Source: Squalus acanthias (Eukaryota). Taken from it: a DNA stretch of 64,000 nt. The stretch spans positions 85,066,001-85,130,000 of the forward strand of contig CM059432.1 of assembly GCA_030390025.1 (NCBI GenBank), written 5' to 3'. This document shows positions 60,260 through 64,000 of this stretch, piece by piece. The notes beneath the pieces are model-generated. The model was not told the origin of the DNA. It did not search any database and saw only the letters and a program-made list of their open reading frames with translations. The position numbers and the translations under genes were made by a program. Numbering within the stretch: position 1 is the first letter of the stretch; every line of letters starts with the position of its first letter.

Positions 60260-63200
60260 AGAGGCAAAAAGGAAAAGGAGGTGGGGTGGTGTTGTAGTAA
60301 AGGATGAAATCAGAGCAATAGTGAGAAAGGATATTGACTCGGAAAATCAAGATGTAGATTCAGTCTGGGTGGAGCTAAGAAGCACCAAGGGGCAGAAAAC
60401 ATTGGTGGGAGTTGACTATAGGCCTCCAAACAGTAGTGGTAATGTAGGGACGGCATTAAACAGGAAATTAGAGATGCATGTAACAAGGGTACTAGAGTAA
60501 TCATGGGTGACTTTAATCTACATATAGACTGGCCAAACCAAATTAGCAGTAATACTGTGGAGGATGAATTCCTGGAGTGTGTACGAGATGGTTTTTTAGA
60601 CCAGTACGTTGAGGAGCCAACTAGGGAACAGGCTATCCTAGATTGGGTATTGTGCAATGAGAAGGCGTTAATTAATAATCTTGTTGTGCGGGGTCCTTTA
60701 GAGAAGAGTGACCATAACATGATAGAATTCTTCATTAAGATGGAAAGTGAAGTAGTCCAATCCGAAACTAGGGTCCTAAATCTAAACAAAGGAAACTACG
60801 AAGGTATGAAGAGTGAGTTAGCTATGATAGATTGGGGAGCTTCATTAAAAGGCATGACGGTGGATAGGCAATGGCTAACATTTAAGGAACGAATGCATGA
60901 ATTGCAATAGTTATACATTCCTTTCTGGCGCAAAAACACAAAAGGAAAAGCGGCCCAACCATGGCTAACAAAAGAAATTAAGGATAGTATTAGATCCAAA
61001 GATGAGTCATATAAAGTTGCCAAAAAAAGTAGCAAGCATGAGGATCGGGAACAGTATAGAATTAAGCAAAAAACGACCAAGAGATTGATTAAGAGGGGAA
61101 AAATAGAGTATGAGAGTAAACTTGCAAAGAACGTAAAAGCGGATTGTAAAAGCTTCTACAAGTATGTAAAAAGAAAAAGATTAGTGAAGACAAATGTAGG
61201 TCCCTTACAGTCAGAAACGGGAGAATTTATAACAGGGAACAAGAAAATGGCAGAGCAATTAAACAAATACTTTGGGCTCGATTTTTGTCAATGGGGACGT
61301 GATGGAGGCAGGACTCCCACTTTTTGGGTTGTAGTCCCGCCTCCATCGATTTGTGGCCAACCCACGCTACTTTCCCTTGATTGACCTTGTTAAGCCCGCC
61401 CAGCGGGCTCAGCAGGCCAATTAAGGGACACCTGGATACTGGTGACGTTAGTGATTGACATTTCATCTGTCAAGAGCTTTTGACAGATGAAATAGCAGCG
61501 TTTGACAGCTCTGGGAAGCTGCAGCTCAGCGGCCATTCTGCTTTCTGTGCCGGTGAGCTGAGGGACTCCCGAGAACTGAAGGGAGGAAGCCTGGAGGAGA
61601 AAGTAAAGGTAAGTAAAACTTATTAAAACACTTTACACACACCAAACACACTTACCTCTGCACTCATGCACCCATTACTCACCTGTACACCGGACATCTC
61701 GACCCCTCCAAGCCCTGCAGACCGACGGTCCACCTCGCTAACTTGGCGTGGTTTGGAGCCGTCGGGCAGCCCACACTTCAGGGCTAAAAATAGGGATTAG
61801 CCAAAAAACTGCCTGTTAACTACCTGTTAACGGGCAGTTAATTGGCACTAATCCCCTTCCCGCCTTGGGGAGGCGGCTCCCAGCACAGGTCGGGTACCCG
61901 CCTCCTGGGACATTGGCATGGAGGCGGGTTGGGGGCAGGATGGGTACCTGCTCCCCGAATCTGCAATTTTCCCACCACTCCTGCCTCCAAACCCGCCTCC
62001 ACGGGGCTTGGAAAATCGAGCCCTATGGATCTGTCTTCACGGAAGAGGACACAAATAACTTCCCAGAAATGCTAGGGAACCAAGGGTCTAGTGAGAAGGA
62101 GGAATTAAAGGAAATTAGTATGAGTAAAAAATTAGTGCTGGAGAAATTAATGGGACTGAAAGCAGATAAATCCCGAGCGCCTGATAATCTGCATCCCAGA
62201 GTACTAAAAGAGGTAGCCATGGAAATAGTGGATACATTGGTTGTCATCTTCCAAAATTCTATAGATTATGGAACAGTTCCTGCAGATTGGAGGGTGACAA
62301 ATGTAACCCCACTATTTAAAAAAGGAGGGAGAGAGAAAACATGGAACTACAGGTTAGTCTAACATCAGTAGTAGGGAAATTGCTAGAGTCTATTGTAAAG
62401 GATGTGATAACAGGACACTTAGAAAATATCAACGGGATTAGACAAATTCAACATGGATTTATGAAAGGGAAATCGTGTTTGACAAACCTACTGGAGTTTT
62501 TTGAGGATGTAACTGGTACAATAGATAAGGGAGAACCAGTGGATGTATATTTGGATTTTCAGAAGGCCTTTGATAAAGTCCCACATAAGAGGTTAGCGTG
62601 CAAAATTAAAGCACATGGGATTGGGGGTAATGTACTGGCATGGATTGAAAATTGGTTAACAGACAGGAAGCAGAGAGTAGGAATAAATGGGTCTTTTTCG
62701 AGGTGGCAGGTGGTGACTAGTGGGGTACCGCAGGGATCAGTGCTTGGGCCCCAGCTATTCACAATATATCTATCAATGATTTGAATGAGGGAACCAAATG
62801 TAATATTTCCAAGTTTGCTGACAACACGAAACTAGGTGGGATTGTGAGTTGTGAGGAGGATGCAAAGAGGCTTCAAGGCGATTTAGACAAGTTGAGTGAG
62901 TGGGCAAATACATGGCAGATGCAGTATAATGTGGATAAATGTGAAGTTATCCACTTCGGTAGGAAAAGCAGAAAGGTAGAGTATTATTTAAATGGTGATA
63001 GATTGGGAAATGTTGATGTACAAAGGGACCTGGGTGTCCTCTTACACCAGTCACTGAAAGCAAACATGCAGGTGCAGCAAGCAGTTAGGAAGGTAAATGG
63101 TATGTTGGCCTTCATTGCAAGAGGATTTGCGGACAGGAGCAAGGATGTCTTACTACAGTTATACAGGGCCTTGGTGAGACCACACCTGGAGTACTGTGTG

Positions 63201-63328
63201 CAGTTTTGGTCTCCTTACCTAAGAAAGGATATACTTGCCATAGAGGGAGTGCAGTGAAGGTTCACCAGACTGATTCCTGGGATAGCAGGACTGTCGTATG
63301 AGGAGGGATTAGGTCGACTAGGCCTGTA
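60260..63328 (+). mobile_element. CR1 LINE ORF2 remnant interrupted by a MITE and truncated by an LTR-like insertion
   Basis: YRPPNS, GDFN, KSDHN, GVPQGSVLGP, HLEYCVQFWSP. Confidence 0.9.
61274..62023. mobile_element. Harbinger-type MITE inside CR1
   Basis: Perfect 12-bp TIR GGGCTCGATTTT / AAAATCGAGCCC, flanks TTT/TAT. Confidence 0.9.
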
Positions 63329-64000
63329 TGTAAGTTTCATGGAACAGTTTGGCCCCAGTATAAGGGCATGAAACGGTTAAACTTCAAGGCACGGAAAAGG
63401 TGCCAGTCATTAAAGTTCTGGAACTCTGAAAAGGACATTGACATTGAACTGTGAGGCCTTGAATCATGATTGGTTTCGATGGGAAAAATTAACATCTGGA
63501 CAATGCTCCGAGTTTAACTGAAACAATGAGCGTCTCGATAGGTGATTTAACGGTGAATAGGTGATTTAACTTTGGACAATGAGACTTCGTGTTTTAATGG
63601 ATTTCGATGGATCTTCAATGGATAAGACAACGTTGGGCAAAACACATCAGCAGTAAGACTAAATCACATTAAATATGGATCACAGAGCGGGGGAGACAAG
63701 ATAAGGAATTGTCTTCCATCCCCCAGCCCTGTACACATCCTGTGGTTTGGATTACTAAGTGTGTATTGGAAAACAAGAGTTGGGGGAAGGCCCAGACTCG
63801 AAGAGGCCAGGTGACTAAAAGAACTATAAGAAGGAACCACACCCACAGCTCTCTCTCCTTTTTGCTCGGAAGCTCTCTCGGAAGCTCTCTCTCTTGGAAG
63901 CTAGCTCTGACTACAGGAACTGCCAGGTGTAAGGAGGAAGGGAAGACGGTCATCTCCAGCCCCCAGCCTGAAATCGACGTCGGCCACGACCAGCTGGACG
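63329..64000 (+). mobile_element. Probable LTR of a further retroelement, running off the window
   Basis: Abrupt switch from CR1 to TGTAAG..., internal GGTGATTTAAC duplication, TATAA at ~63824 followed by a CT-rich tract. Confidence 0.5.

Overview
This is eukaryotic, repeat-saturated DNA. The repeat families suggest a cartilaginous fish (inference), and I see no host-gene exon. It consists of nested transposable elements: several PIF/Harbinger DNA transposons (DDE transposase plus an opposite-strand spliced Myb/SANT gene), many non-autonomous Harbinger-type elements (GGG/GGC...CCC/GCC termini, 3-bp TSDs), CR1 LINEs (one essentially full length), a second APE-RT LINE family, RTE and L2 fragments, a short-LTR Gypsy element, and Penelope-like termini carrying hammerhead-ribozyme core motifs. 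The most notable element is an endogenous foamy-virus-like (spumaretrovirus) provirus fragment on the minus strand at 9080-13540. It has RT, tether, RNase H, integrase and a complete ~1.12 kb 3' LTR but no room for a full env, and it lies inside a Harbinger-type non-autonomous element. Other observations: a recurrent palindromic Harbinger target site (two CR1 copies are hit at the same position), MITEs carrying a conserved promoter-motif plus triple splice-donor cassette, MITE hairpins that keep their pairing while the sequence changes, and an inverted double-hammerhead insertion whose empty site is present in the same window. All family assignments come from motif recognition by eye, not from database searches.
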